Program-made: the position numbers and the translations under genes
In this document: piece by piece, positions 10,416 through 19,195 of the stretch
How positions within the stretch are numbered: position 1 is the stretch's first letter
Layout of the letters: each line of letters starts with the position of its first letter
Notes under the pieces: generated by a model
What the model saw: only the letters and a program-made list of their open reading frames with translations
Databases searched by the model: none
Told to the model about the DNA's origin: nothing
Assembly: GCF_002954325.1 (NCBI RefSeq)
Contig: NZ_MQVX01000001.1
Location: forward strand, 251,546-315,545
Length of the DNA: 64,000 nt
Source of the DNA: Aureicoccus marinus
GTDB lineage: Bacteria; Bacteroidota; Bacteroidia; Flavobacteriales; Flavobacteriaceae
Reading direction: 5' to 3'

Positions 10416-11543
10416 ATGAAATGGAAAGCTTTCGTATTGGGCGTCTTCTTTGTGCTGGTTTCTTGCGGCACTACAGACACCCCTGATGTACCCGAACCGA
10501 ACACCGATATTATCCCTGCAAACCTCACGGTTGAAGTCGTCCGAGTTGGTTCTGATTCCCAAAATCCCAATGGGGATGGATCAGGAGAAGTACTTCTGAG
10601 TGCCAACGCCGATAATGCTGTTCGCTTCACCTTTCAATTTTCTGATGGACAGCTCATAGAATCCAATACCGGACAGGTTCAGTACCGCCATGATTTGGCT
10701 GGAACGAGAACCTACGCCGTATTGGTGAAGGCCATTTCCGAAACAGGGAATGAATTGGCTTTATCCCGTCAGTACCAGGTCTTTGTTTCTTCAGAATTGT
10801 TCTCGACTTTGGTCTTTTCGGATGAATTTGATGAAGATGGGGCCTTGGATCCTGAAAAGTGGCATCACCAGATTATTCCACCCCAAAACGGAGGATGGTT
10901 CAATGGGGAGCAACAACACTATACGGATCGTTTAGACAACTCTTACGTGAGCGATGGGACACTGAAAATCGTAGCAAAGAAAGAGACTTATACCACCCAA
11001 AATTCTACCCGGGAGTACACCTCGGCGCGTTTGAATTCTATTTTCACCTTCCAGTACGGCCGTGTCGAAGTTCGAGCGAAGACGCCGTCTAGAGGAGGGA
11101 CTTGGCCTGCGATCTGGACGCTGGGCGCCAACATCAATGAGATTGGCAACTACCACGGAACTACTTTCGGTAGTGTGGGCTGGCCTGCTTGTGGCGAGAT
11201 TGATATCATGGAACAAAAAGGTTGGGACAAAACCCGTACCATTGGCTTCTTTCACTGGGGCAACACCAATACGGGTGCGTACCAGAATGAAGGGGGGGAG
11301 ATTGATATCGCTGGTGTGGGAACCGACTTTCACATTTATTCCTTAGAATGGACCGAAAACAGCATGCGTGTCGAAATGGATGGGCAATTGATTTACGAGT
11401 TGTCCAATACCCAAGATAAACCCTTTGACAATCCCCACTATTTGCTGTTAAACATCGCCATGGGTGGTAACCTGGGAGGGGATATCCCGGCAAACTTCAC
11501 TGAGGATGTAATGGAGATTGACTACGTACGAGTGTATCAATAA
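10416..11543 (+). CDS. GH16 endo-1,3-beta-glucanase (laminarinase) lipoprotein
   Basis: ATG at 10416 (MKWKAF...LVSCG lipobox). The track's start at 10401 is a TTG. Catalytic motif GEIDIMEQKG; WPAIWTLG. Confidence 0.85.
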   Translation: MKWKAFVLGVFFVLVSCGTTDTPDVPEPNTDIIPANLTVEVVRVGSDSQNPNGDGSGEVLLSANADNAVRFTFQFSDGQLIESNTGQVQYRHDLAGTRTYAVLVKAISETGNELALSRQYQVFVSSELFSTLVFSDEFDEDGALDPEKWHHQIIPPQNGGWFNGEQQHYTDRLDNSYVSDGTLKIVAKKETYTTQNSTREYTSARLNSIFTFQYGRVEVRAKTPSRGGTWPAIWTLGANINEIGNYHGTTFGSVGWPACGEIDIMEQKGWDKTRTIGFFHWGNTNTGAYQNEGGEIDIAGVGTDFHIYSLEWTENSMRVEMDGQLIYELSNTQDKPFDNPHYLLLNIAMGGNLGGDIPANFTEDVMEIDYVRVYQ

Positions 11544-11549
11544 GTCGGC

Positions 11550-12767
11550 TTATCTCGAGGCTGCATAGGACTCGACCTCGTCAAGTATACGAAGCATATT
11601 CGCACCCCATAATTTGGTGAGGGCTTCTTTGTCGTATCCACGCTTGATCAATTCTCGAGTGACATTGATCGTTTCGGAGCTGTCCTGCCAACCGGCAATA
11701 CCACCACCCCCATCAAAATCGGAGCTGAGTCCTACTTGATCAATTCCCATTTTATCGACCAGGTAATCTACGTGATCGGCGAAGTCCTGCACATTGACCT
11801 GAGCAGGCGCCTGCTTGTCTTCTGCGGCCAGGGCATTAGCCAAGGTTTGAATGCGGAAGCGACTGTTCATAAAGGCAACGAAGTCTTCCTTGAGCAGTCG
11901 GGAGAATTGAGAGCGATCGAAATACGGTAACCCCAATTCGCTTGCGGCGCGTTTTAAATACTGCTTCATAAAGGCTGCACGGGCATTGTGTTTTTCGGTG
12001 TGCAAATAGGAGCTAAAGGCTACCGCTTGCACCAATCCTCCTTTTTCTTTGAGCGCTTGGAGTTGCTCATCGTCCAAATTGCGGGAGTGACCACAAAGGG
12101 CTCGGGCAGAAGAATGCGACGCGATAATGGGCGCTTCGGAAAGTTGAACCATCTGCATCATGGTCTCTCGGGAGACGTGGCTAACATCCGCCATGATTCC
12201 TAAGCGGTTCATCTCGGCCAAGGCTTCTCGACCTAAACCACTCAGGCCTCCGTGAATCCAAATATCATCTTCTTCCCCGGTATTGGAATCACACAATTGG
12301 TTGTGCCCATTGTGCGACATCGAAATATAACGGGCTCCACGCTGATGATAATCCTCCAATTGCTTGAGGTCGGTCCCCAGTGGGTAGGCGTTTTCTACAC
12401 CGATCATGATGACCTTTTTGCCTTTTTCCAAAATCCTTTTAACCTCGGAGGAAGAAGTAGCCAGTTCGACCTGCTCAGGAGCGTACTCCATGCAGAGACG
12501 ATCAATGGCATCAAATTTAGAGAGGGCAACTTCTCTTGCGTTTTTGTAGGCCGCTTCATTGAGCTCACCCTGCCCCGTAAAGACGATAAGCCAGGCCACA
12601 TCCAACCCTCCTTGTTTCATTTTAGGCAGGTTGAATTGGGTGTCTAGATTTTGGGTGTAGTTGACCTCCTTAGTGAAGTTAGCTACATTGATATCGATGT
12701 GGGAATCGAGGGTCAGGAGTTCTGAATGTAGCTCCTGAACGTGTTGATCAATAGTGCTTTCTTGCAT
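11550..12767 (-). CDS. Membrane dipeptidase, peptidase family M19 (renal-dipeptidase-like)
   Basis: N-terminal LDSHIDIN (HxD metal ligand) and overall M19-like length and order. Placed between the GH16 and GH3 genes. Confidence 0.65.
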   Translation of the reverse strand: MQESTIDQHVQELHSELLTLDSHIDINVANFTKEVNYTQNLDTQFNLPKMKQGGLDVAWLIVFTGQGELNEAAYKNAREVALSKFDAIDRLCMEYAPEQVELATSSSEVKRILEKGKKVIMIGVENAYPLGTDLKQLEDYHQRGARYISMSHNGHNQLCDSNTGEEDDIWIHGGLSGLGREALAEMNRLGIMADVSHVSRETMMQMVQLSEAPIIASHSSARALCGHSRNLDDEQLQALKEKGGLVQAVAFSSYLHTEKHNARAAFMKQYLKRAASELGLPYFDRSQFSRLLKEDFVAFMNSRFRIQTLANALAAEDKQAPAQVNVQDFADHVDYLVDKMGIDQVGLSSDFDGGGGIAGWQDSSETINVTRELIKRGYDKEALTKLWGANMLRILDEVESYAASR

Positions 12768-12821
12768 TGCTCTCTTTTCGGTACAAGAAAAGGAATTCGC
12801 CCATAATTCTAAGACTAATGG

Positions 12822-15284
12822 CTATTGAATTTCTGGTTTTACCCGAGCTCCGTCCTCTCCGATACTAATCTCTGAACTAATCAAAATATTACGGGAAGAG
12901 TTGCCCAGTTGAATAAAATAGTCTCCGGGTTCAACCACCCAAGAGGACTGATTTTCATTCCAATAGCTCAAATCACTTAAAGGGATTTCAAAGGCTAAGG
13001 TTTGGCTGGTACTCGGTAAAAGAGCACTGGTCTTCGCGAAGGCTTTCAGTTCTTTTTCCGGACGCTCGACGGCCGATTCTCCTTTTCCGATATAAACCTG
13101 GACTACTTCTTTTCCCGCCAATTCTCCCGTATTGGTCACCTTAACCTGCAGAATGATTTTGTTTTCTTGGATTTCCGTCTTCAGCTCATCGAGTTCAAAA
13201 GTGGTGTAGGACAGACCGTATCCAAAAGAATAGGAAACCCGAAGATCAGCATGGTCAAAATGACGATAGCCCACAAAGATGTCTTCTTCGTACAGAGTGA
13301 AATCGATATTTCGCTCTTGCTCTTCTTCGGGTTTGGTTTCGGGGGGACCTTGCATCAATTCCATCAGCATGCCGGGCAAGGACCATTGGGTTCCCACAAG
13401 GGGGAAGTTGGCATGAGAGGCGTGGTCTTCCAGTTTTACAGGAAAGGTCATGGGGAGCTTTCCACTGGGGTTTACAGCACCTTTAAGAATATCAGCGACG
13501 GAGTTACCGCCTTCTTGCCCTCCTTGCCAGGCCAAAAGAATGGCGTCGGGGGCCTCTTTCCAGGAAGCGGTTTCAATGACTCCTCCAATGTTGAGTACCA
13601 CGATCACGGCTTTGTTCTTTGCGTGAAAGACCTCGCAGGTGTTCACAATCATTTGTTTTTCGGCCTCCGTCAGTAGGTAATCCCCTTCTGGCAACCGATC
13701 TCCACCTTCTCCGCTGTTGCGTCCGATGGTAATAATCGCAGCTTCTGCCGTTTCCGCCATTTTGACCAGGTCTTCAGCCGTATACGTCAGGTGAGGAGGG
13801 ATATAGGGAGTGAAAATAGCGTCCATGCCTTCTGGTTTTTGGAAGCCTTCTTTATTCTCGGCCTTGTGCTTTTCAAACACCTCTTTGGAATAGTCGTTTA
13901 CGGTAAAACCAGCATTTTCAAGCCCCTGATCCAGAGAAATGGAGTAGGCTTCGTTGACATCTCCAGAGCCTGTTCCTCCAGCGATAAAATCAAAGGAAGT
14001 CACTCCGATAAGCGCAATATTGTTTTGGTTGGTCAAGGGCAATGCAGATTCGTTTTTGAGAAGAACCATGCCTTCTGAGGCAGACTGCCTTGTTAGGGCG
14101 GCGTGGGCCTTAAGATCCGGTTCATTGCTGTATTCGGTCCCTTTCATCTTGTGTGAGGTAAAGACCAGGCGCAGGATGCGGCGAACGGAAGTGTCGATAG
14201 CCTCTGACGAAAGAGTGCCTTCTTCTGCCCCTGCTTTAAGGGCTTTCCACTGGTTGTTTGTACCGGGTTCCAAGAGATCATTACCCGCCATGACCATTTT
14301 CACGGGATCGTATCCACCAAACCAATCGGTCATAACCAAGCCTTCAAACCCCCACTCATCCCTGAGAATATCCGTCAGGATTCTGCGGTCTTCGGCCACA
14401 TAAGTACCATTGATTTTATTGTAGGACGACATGATGGTCCAGGGCTGTGATTCTTCCACCATGATTTCAAACCCTTTGAGGTAGATTTCACGCAGGGCTC
14501 TTTCCGAAATCCGAACATCGTTCAGGTTGCGATTCGTTTCTTGGTTATTGGCCAAAAAGTGTTTTACGGCAGTACCCACACCATTAGATTCTATCCCATT
14601 GACCAGGGCGGCACCCATCTTCCCGGAGAGCAGCGGATCTTCCGAGTAATACTCGAAATTACGGCCACATAGAGGGTGGCGCATGATATTGGCTGCTGGC
14701 CCCAGAATCACATCGATTCCATATTCTTTTCCTTCCTTACCCATGGCCTGACCGACTTCTTGGGCCAGCGAAGTATTCCAAGTAGAAGCCATCAAGGTTC
14801 CAATAGGGAAAGCCGTACAGTAGTAGGTTCTCTCTTCACCCTTGCGGGCAGGTTGTATACGCAAGCCGGCTGGTCCGTCAGAAAGATAAATGGTGGGTAA
14901 TCCCAAACGGGGAGTGGGAACGATGGTTCCCACCGCTCCAGGGATTCCGGTGCCTGGTTCTACTTGACCCATGGCAGAGGCAAGTCCGGACCCTTTGAGC
15001 AGGTGAATTTTTTCTTCTTGAGTCATCAGGCTCAAGGCATTACTTACTCGCTCTTCAAGAGATAGGCGATGATCTTCATAAGGATCAAGAGTACTGTTGC
15101 CATTTCGATCGGCAAAAAGCTGGCCGTCTACCTCAATGTCGCTGAATTGCGCTTTTTCGACGTAGTCATCTTCAAAATCAAGGAAGGTGCTTTTGAATTT
15201 ATTGGCGGTGAATAGAACGACAATAATTATAAGGAGTAAAATGATTCCCAATCCTATTCCGATTTTCTTCAGTACTTTTTTCAT
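12822..15284 (-). CDS. Glycoside hydrolase family 3 beta-glucosidase (BglX-like), N-terminal membrane anchor
   Basis: GH3 signatures KHFLANNQE and GFEGLVMTDW (catalytic Asp), about 820 aa, and an N-terminal hydrophobic segment. Confidence 0.85.
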   Translation of the reverse strand: MKKVLKKIGIGLGIILLLIIIVVLFTANKFKSTFLDFEDDYVEKAQFSDIEVDGQLFADRNGNSTLDPYEDHRLSLEERVSNALSLMTQEEKIHLLKGSGLASAMGQVEPGTGIPGAVGTIVPTPRLGLPTIYLSDGPAGLRIQPARKGEERTYYCTAFPIGTLMASTWNTSLAQEVGQAMGKEGKEYGIDVILGPAANIMRHPLCGRNFEYYSEDPLLSGKMGAALVNGIESNGVGTAVKHFLANNQETNRNLNDVRISERALREIYLKGFEIMVEESQPWTIMSSYNKINGTYVAEDRRILTDILRDEWGFEGLVMTDWFGGYDPVKMVMAGNDLLEPGTNNQWKALKAGAEEGTLSSEAIDTSVRRILRLVFTSHKMKGTEYSNEPDLKAHAALTRQSASEGMVLLKNESALPLTNQNNIALIGVTSFDFIAGGTGSGDVNEAYSISLDQGLENAGFTVNDYSKEVFEKHKAENKEGFQKPEGMDAIFTPYIPPHLTYTAEDLVKMAETAEAAIITIGRNSGEGGDRLPEGDYLLTEAEKQMIVNTCEVFHAKNKAVIVVLNIGGVIETASWKEAPDAILLAWQGGQEGGNSVADILKGAVNPSGKLPMTFPVKLEDHASHANFPLVGTQWSLPGMLMELMQGPPETKPEEEQERNIDFTLYEEDIFVGYRHFDHADLRVSYSFGYGLSYTTFELDELKTEIQENKIILQVKVTNTGELAGKEVVQVYIGKGESAVERPEKELKAFAKTSALLPSTSQTLAFEIPLSDLSYWNENQSSWVVEPGDYFIQLGNSSRNILISSEISIGEDGARVKPEIQ

Positions 15285-15292
15285 TTCTTTGG

Positions 15293-15347
15293 TTTGTGGC
15301 AGAATGACACAAATATAAATTATTTATTGTGGCGAACTGACACAAAA
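15293..15347. promoter_or_regulatory. Two direct copies of a 21-bp palindromic site (TTGTGGCnnAnTGACACAAA; arms TTGTG/CACAA, 9-bp spacer) in the divergent GH3 / regulator intergenic region; candidate operator
   Basis: Copies at 15293-15313 (tttgtggcagaatgacacaaa) and 15327-15347 (ttgtggcgaactgacacaaaa). A third half-site (ttgtgg) is at about 15356. They lie between the GH3 start (15284, minus) and the ATG of the NUDIX regulator (15363). Confidence 0.4.
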
Positions 15348-15362
15348 GTTTATTTTTGTGGT

Positions 15363-16070
15363 ATGGATGTTTCCGATTTCCTGCATAATGGAGACAAGAG
15401 TTATCTGCCCAATCTCAGTTTGGATCATGTTATTCTGGGGTATGAGGAGGGGCAACTAAAATGCTTGCTCTTGCAGACCAATGAGGGCTGGAATTTACCG
15501 GGGGGACTGATTAAACGAACAGAGTCCGTTGAAGAAGCGGTCGATAGAGTGCTTCAGGAACGCACCGGTTTAACGCACGGTCATCGGGAGTTTTTAAGCG
15601 TATTCGGAAAGCAAGATCGATCCTTTGCTCAGCAGTGGAAGCAAATGCTCGAGAGTTATAAGCTGGAGTGGAAACCCGAGTTCTGGATTAACGATCGCTT
15701 TGTAACGCTGGGCTACTATTCCCTGGTCAATATTCGCGATGTAGAGCCGGTTAAAGGGGAGTATAATCAAGATATCGCCTGGTTCTCTTTACAGGATTTA
15801 CCCGAAATGTGGATGGATCACAAGGACATTGCTCTGTTTGCTCATGAAAAATTAAAGAGAGACATCAAAGAGCAAATGGCCTCCCATTACCTCCTCAACA
15901 GCGAATTCACCATGCCAGAATTGCATCAGCTCCATCAAACTATTTTGGAGCAAGAACTGGACCGCAGTCGGTTCCAAAAGAAGATGTTATCGAGCGGCAA
16001 ATTTGAACGTCTGCCGCAAAAAAGGACCGATAAACCGGGTCGAGCTCCTTTTCAATACAGGGCAAAATAG
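15363..16070 (+). CDS. NUDIX-hydrolase-domain transcriptional regulator (NrtR-like: N-terminal Nudix fold, C-terminal winged helix)
   Basis: Nudix-box-like segment GWNLPGGLIKRTESVEEAVDRVLQERTGL and a C-terminal HTH-like region. I chose the ATG at 15363; the track's start at 15294 is a TTG and its N-terminal extension is encoded by the palindromic repeats. Confidence 0.6.
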   Translation: MDVSDFLHNGDKSYLPNLSLDHVILGYEEGQLKCLLLQTNEGWNLPGGLIKRTESVEEAVDRVLQERTGLTHGHREFLSVFGKQDRSFAQQWKQMLESYKLEWKPEFWINDRFVTLGYYSLVNIRDVEPVKGEYNQDIAWFSLQDLPEMWMDHKDIALFAHEKLKRDIKEQMASHYLLNSEFTMPELHQLHQTILEQELDRSRFQKKMLSSGKFERLPQKRTDKPGRAPFQYRAK

Positions 16071-16848
16071 CATTTTTAGGGACGTGATTAAGGCTTTGGA
16101 ATCTGTTTGCTTTTTACTTGTCGTACAGCGAATGAATCGAACCCCAAGAAGATTACTTGGAAAAGACATCAGAAGATGATGTGGAAGAAAGCCCGGCAGT
16201 TTTTCCTTTTGAGACTACTTCGCTTCCATCACCTGTACCAACGACATTGGTTACCTACATTTAAGAAGCTGGATTCAATGGGGGAGAAAAGACCTTTATC
16301 TGCAACAATAATCTTCTGGACCAGATCACAGAACTGCTCGAAAACAAAGTGGCGGTGGCTTCCCTTAATTATCGTAAAATCCTACCGGACGCTTAAACCG
16401 CCTTGTGGATATCTACCGATGACGAAATGGCTGAATCGACCAGTACGGATCTAATCGTAAGAGAAAGCACCAGGGTGCTTGGAATTGCCTTAAATGCCAC
16501 CCCATACGGTTTGGATCTTGAAGGTCGATGGATGATCGATGTGTTCAGGGAGTAAGATCCAGTATTTAGCTAAAGCGAGGCCTTTTATGGATTAATTTTT
16601 CCAGCTAAAAATTCGAAATCTGCAGAAAGGGTCTTTTCGAAAACGGTGTAGTCAAACCACCTCTTCACAAAGGCGAGATTTCAGGCCTCAATGAACAACT
16701 ACTTTTATTGACATTCTCGCGAATTACCGGGTGTAAGTTTGTCATTATAACAGAGACAACTTCACAAAATTGGAATTTGGCAAAAAGAACCTAGTGGAGA
16801 TCTAGATTTGAATTGCCGACGTATTTTTCGAACAACAATAAAAGTAAT

Positions 16849-16944
16849 ATGAAAGACACAGGAAGATTATTCGCATGGGGCTACGTTGCCTCTGTTGCAT
16901 TCTTTTTCATTGTACTGACATTGGTAATCACAGCGATGAATTAA
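16849..16944 (+). CDS. Possible small membrane peptide (31 aa)
   Basis: ATG...TAA ORF MKDTGRLFAWGYVASVAFFFIVLTLVITAMN with one TM helix, immediately followed by a strong terminator. Speculative. Confidence 0.2.
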   Translation: MKDTGRLFAWGYVASVAFFFIVLTLVITAMN

Positions 16945-17016
16945 AAATGCGGACAGGCCAGGCTATGAGGCCAGAATCCGAAGGTTACAGACTCGATTAA
17001 AGTCTGAGGAAAATAT

Positions 17017-17049
17017 AAAACCACGCCCCGTAAGGCGTGGTTTCTTTTT
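17017..17049. terminator. Bidirectional rho-independent terminator
   Basis: AAAACCACGCC-CCGTAA-GGCGTGGTTTCTTTTT. The T-run is on the plus strand and an A/T-rich run is on the minus strand. It sits at the 3' end of the minus-strand ECF sigma operon and after the small plus-strand ORF. Confidence 0.6.
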
Positions 17050-17455
17050 AGGGATTAAATACAAGATCTTCCGGATAGGAGTCCTGACTGATCGGGGTTC
17101 CTTCGGTGTTTTCGACCAGTACGGGTTCTTTTTTCTCGGGGGAAGAGGAGGTCGGAAGTAAAAAGCTCAAGCCGAATACCAATAAGACCAGAGCAGCGAC
17201 CTGGTAAGCCGGTATGGGCCGGTTAGCCAATCTGTTCAAATTCAAGGCACTTTGTTGCGTCCAGCTCCTTTCCGACAGTTGGTAATCACGTTCTGAATCC
17301 GTCTGCCGAATGGTCGTGACGAAGGAACGGTAATCCGAGTACTCTTCTGCGGTTAACCATTCTTCTACCATGGGGCGTTCTTTTGAAGTGAGCTCTTCAA
17401 AAGATTTATCAGCGATCAGGTCAAAGAGCTCAGAGGGAATATTTTCGTTTTTCAT
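17048..17455 (-). CDS. Putative anti-sigma factor (single TM helix, C-terminal periplasmic tail)
   Basis: Lies immediately downstream of the ECF sigma gene and overlaps it by 4 bp. One hydrophobic helix (VAALVLLVFGLSFLL). Confidence 0.55.
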   Translation of the reverse strand: MKNENIPSELFDLIADKSFEELTSKERPMVEEWLTAEEYSDYRSFVTTIRQTDSERDYQLSERSWTQQSALNLNRLANRPIPAYQVAALVLLVFGLSFLLPTSSSPEKKEPVLVENTEGTPISQDSYPEDLVFNP

Positions 17456-18030
17456 GACTGTTGTGCTATTTCTTCTCTTAATTTTTTTAAGGCGTAAAAA
17501 AGCCTGGATTTTACGGTGCCTTCACTGCATTCCAGGTAATCACTTATTTCGGCAATGGTTAGGTTGTTGCTGTATTTGAGCAAAACCACCTCTTTGTGGT
17601 CAAAAGACAGACGATTCAGCGCTTTTTGAACCAAGTTTTTCTTAGCGTTGAAGAGAGGTTCTTCAACTTCAAGGGTACTCCAAGATTCCGCTGACTGTTC
17701 CACTTGTCGGAGACTGTGGTATCGGATTTCGTTTTTCCATTGGTTTTTGGCGATCGAAAAAAGCCAAACTTTGAGTGATTTGTTCGGATCGAAGAGCTGA
17801 GGTTTTCGGAAGACCTTTAAAAAGACGTTTTGGGTAATGTCGCGAGCCAGTTCTGAATCTCCGCTGAGCCAGGTGACAAAGCGGAAAAGGTCCTGGTGAT
17901 TGCGCTGGTATATCAAAGAGAACACCTCCCGGCTTCCGCTGGAGGTGAACTCTTGCATTAGTCTTTGATCGTCTAAGGGCATCTGAATATGGTCCGGATT
18001 CAAATTAGGATTTTTAGTCTGCCCGGTCAA
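17452..18030 (-). CDS. RNA polymerase ECF-type sigma-70 factor
   Basis: Sigma-70 region 2 (DITQNVFLKVF) and a region 4 HTH (LTIAEISDYLECSEGTVKSRLFYALKKLRE). Confidence 0.85.
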   Translation of the reverse strand: MTGQTKNPNLNPDHIQMPLDDQRLMQEFTSSGSREVFSLIYQRNHQDLFRFVTWLSGDSELARDITQNVFLKVFRKPQLFDPNKSLKVWLFSIAKNQWKNEIRYHSLRQVEQSAESWSTLEVEEPLFNAKKNLVQKALNRLSFDHKEVVLLKYSNNLTIAEISDYLECSEGTVKSRLFYALKKLREEIAQQS

Positions 18031-19195
18031 ACCAACTCAGTACTTCGTCTTTGCGACCACTGTCCTCGGCAATGCGATTAATAAAAACTAAAGCTTGTTT
18101 GTATTTCACTTTTTGACCGGTACGGGCGTAGTGATTGCGCAAGTGCATCAAAGCCGGCAGATAAGTCAAATTCATACGCTCTTTGACCATTTGATCTTCC
18201 GGATGGGTTTGAAAGTTTTGCAAGAGATAATCCAGGTAGTACTTCTGCTCAAAATTGGTTCTCATCGCGGCGGTATTATCGAACGGCTGGGCGGAGTACC
18301 GAATCACGTTTCCGACCAGGTACATTTTATTCTCCAATCCGAATTGCTTGAAATAATCCAAATCAGTTCCGCCAGAGATGTAGGCTGGACGATTACTGCC
18401 ACGAAGTACTTCTGCAGCCAGATAATCCGCATAGGCTGTAATATTCTTAAAGTCCTTTTGGAATTTAGCTGGTGATTGAATGCCCAGTAATTTGAGCACT
18501 TTTGAGCGGTACTCGTCTTCGGTAGCTAAGATCCATTTGTTGATGACCAGGACATCCGTTCGAATACCAGCGCCGTACTGCAGAACCCATTTTTGCATAC
18601 TGTCGGTATCGCCATTGGTAATAATGATCCCGTTTTGATCGATCGATTGCAATGCATTGTAGTTCCACTTCAAACTGGCGTTACTGTAAATATTGCTCTG
18701 GAGCATTCGAGGAGCGAGATCTTTCAATTTCGCTGATTCAAATTCGGGCACATACACCGCCAGTAGCCAGCCGTAGACTTCCGGTCGATCGGGGTCGATG
18801 CGGTAAGCCGCTGCAAAATAGCGGATCGCCTTTGCTCGAGGAGTATTCATCCCCTTGATGTATTGGTAGTCAAAGGTCTCACCGATGTGGGGTTTGGCCT
18901 TGACCAGAATGGGGTCTAATTGAGCGTAAAAATCATTCTTGCCATCGGACCAAAGGTCGGGTTGCTCCAGTTGGAGTTTCGCTCGTTCTGCTCGGTAATA
19001 ATTGGCCCATGCCTCGGTATTGGCCGGACTCTTTTTGAGCTCTTTTTGCCAAAGGGAAGATTGTTCCTCATAGTAAGAAACTGGATGTACCTCTTTAGCA
19101 ATTCCGAGAATTTTTTTGGGTTTCTGAGCCAAAAGAGAAAAGCTAAACAGAAGGCTCATACCAAGACAGGTAAGGGGCCGAATTGATGTACTCAT
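18014..19195 (-). CDS. Hypothetical secreted protein (393 aa), first gene of the ECF sigma operon
   Basis: Signal peptide (LLFSFSLLAQ). Its stop overlaps the start of the sigma gene by 17 bp. Confidence 0.6.
   Translation of the reverse strand: MSTSIRPLTCLGMSLLFSFSLLAQKPKKILGIAKEVHPVSYYEEQSSLWQKELKKSPANTEAWANYYRAERAKLQLEQPDLWSDGKNDFYAQLDPILVKAKPHIGETFDYQYIKGMNTPRAKAIRYFAAAYRIDPDRPEVYGWLLAVYVPEFESAKLKDLAPRMLQSNIYSNASLKWNYNALQSIDQNGIIITNGDTDSMQKWVLQYGAGIRTDVLVINKWILATEDEYRSKVLKLLGIQSPAKFQKDFKNITAYADYLAAEVLRGSNRPAYISGGTDLDYFKQFGLENKMYLVGNVIRYSAQPFDNTAAMRTNFEQKYYLDYLLQNFQTHPEDQMVKERMNLTYLPALMHLRNHYARTGQKVKYKQALVFINRIAEDSGRKDEVLSWFDRAD

Noticed and set aside
125-15000. Antisense or embedded ORFs inside well-supported genes (for example 125..331, 704..1003, 1714..2103, 6644..6937, 7199..7696, 13167..13676, 13954..14403, 14676..14900)
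   Set aside because: They are fully contained within longer ORFs that carry clear family motifs on the opposite strand or in another frame, and they have biased low-complexity composition. The same applies to similar short ORFs throughout the window (for example 31093..31329, 39615..40143, 51793..52227, 59330..59866).
15294-15362. N-terminal 23-codon extension of the NUDIX regulator ORF (track start 15294, TTG)
   Set aside because: The extension is encoded entirely by the two palindromic direct repeats (WQNDTN / WRTDTK is the repeat read in frame), and an ATG with a typical Nudix-regulator N-terminus follows at 15363. The region is more plausibly an operator and promoter than coding sequence.
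16107-16454. 115-aa ORF in the gene-poor region
   Set aside because: Arg/Lys/Trp-rich and low-complexity. It overlaps protein-like fragments in other frames. More likely a frame of decayed sequence than a gene.
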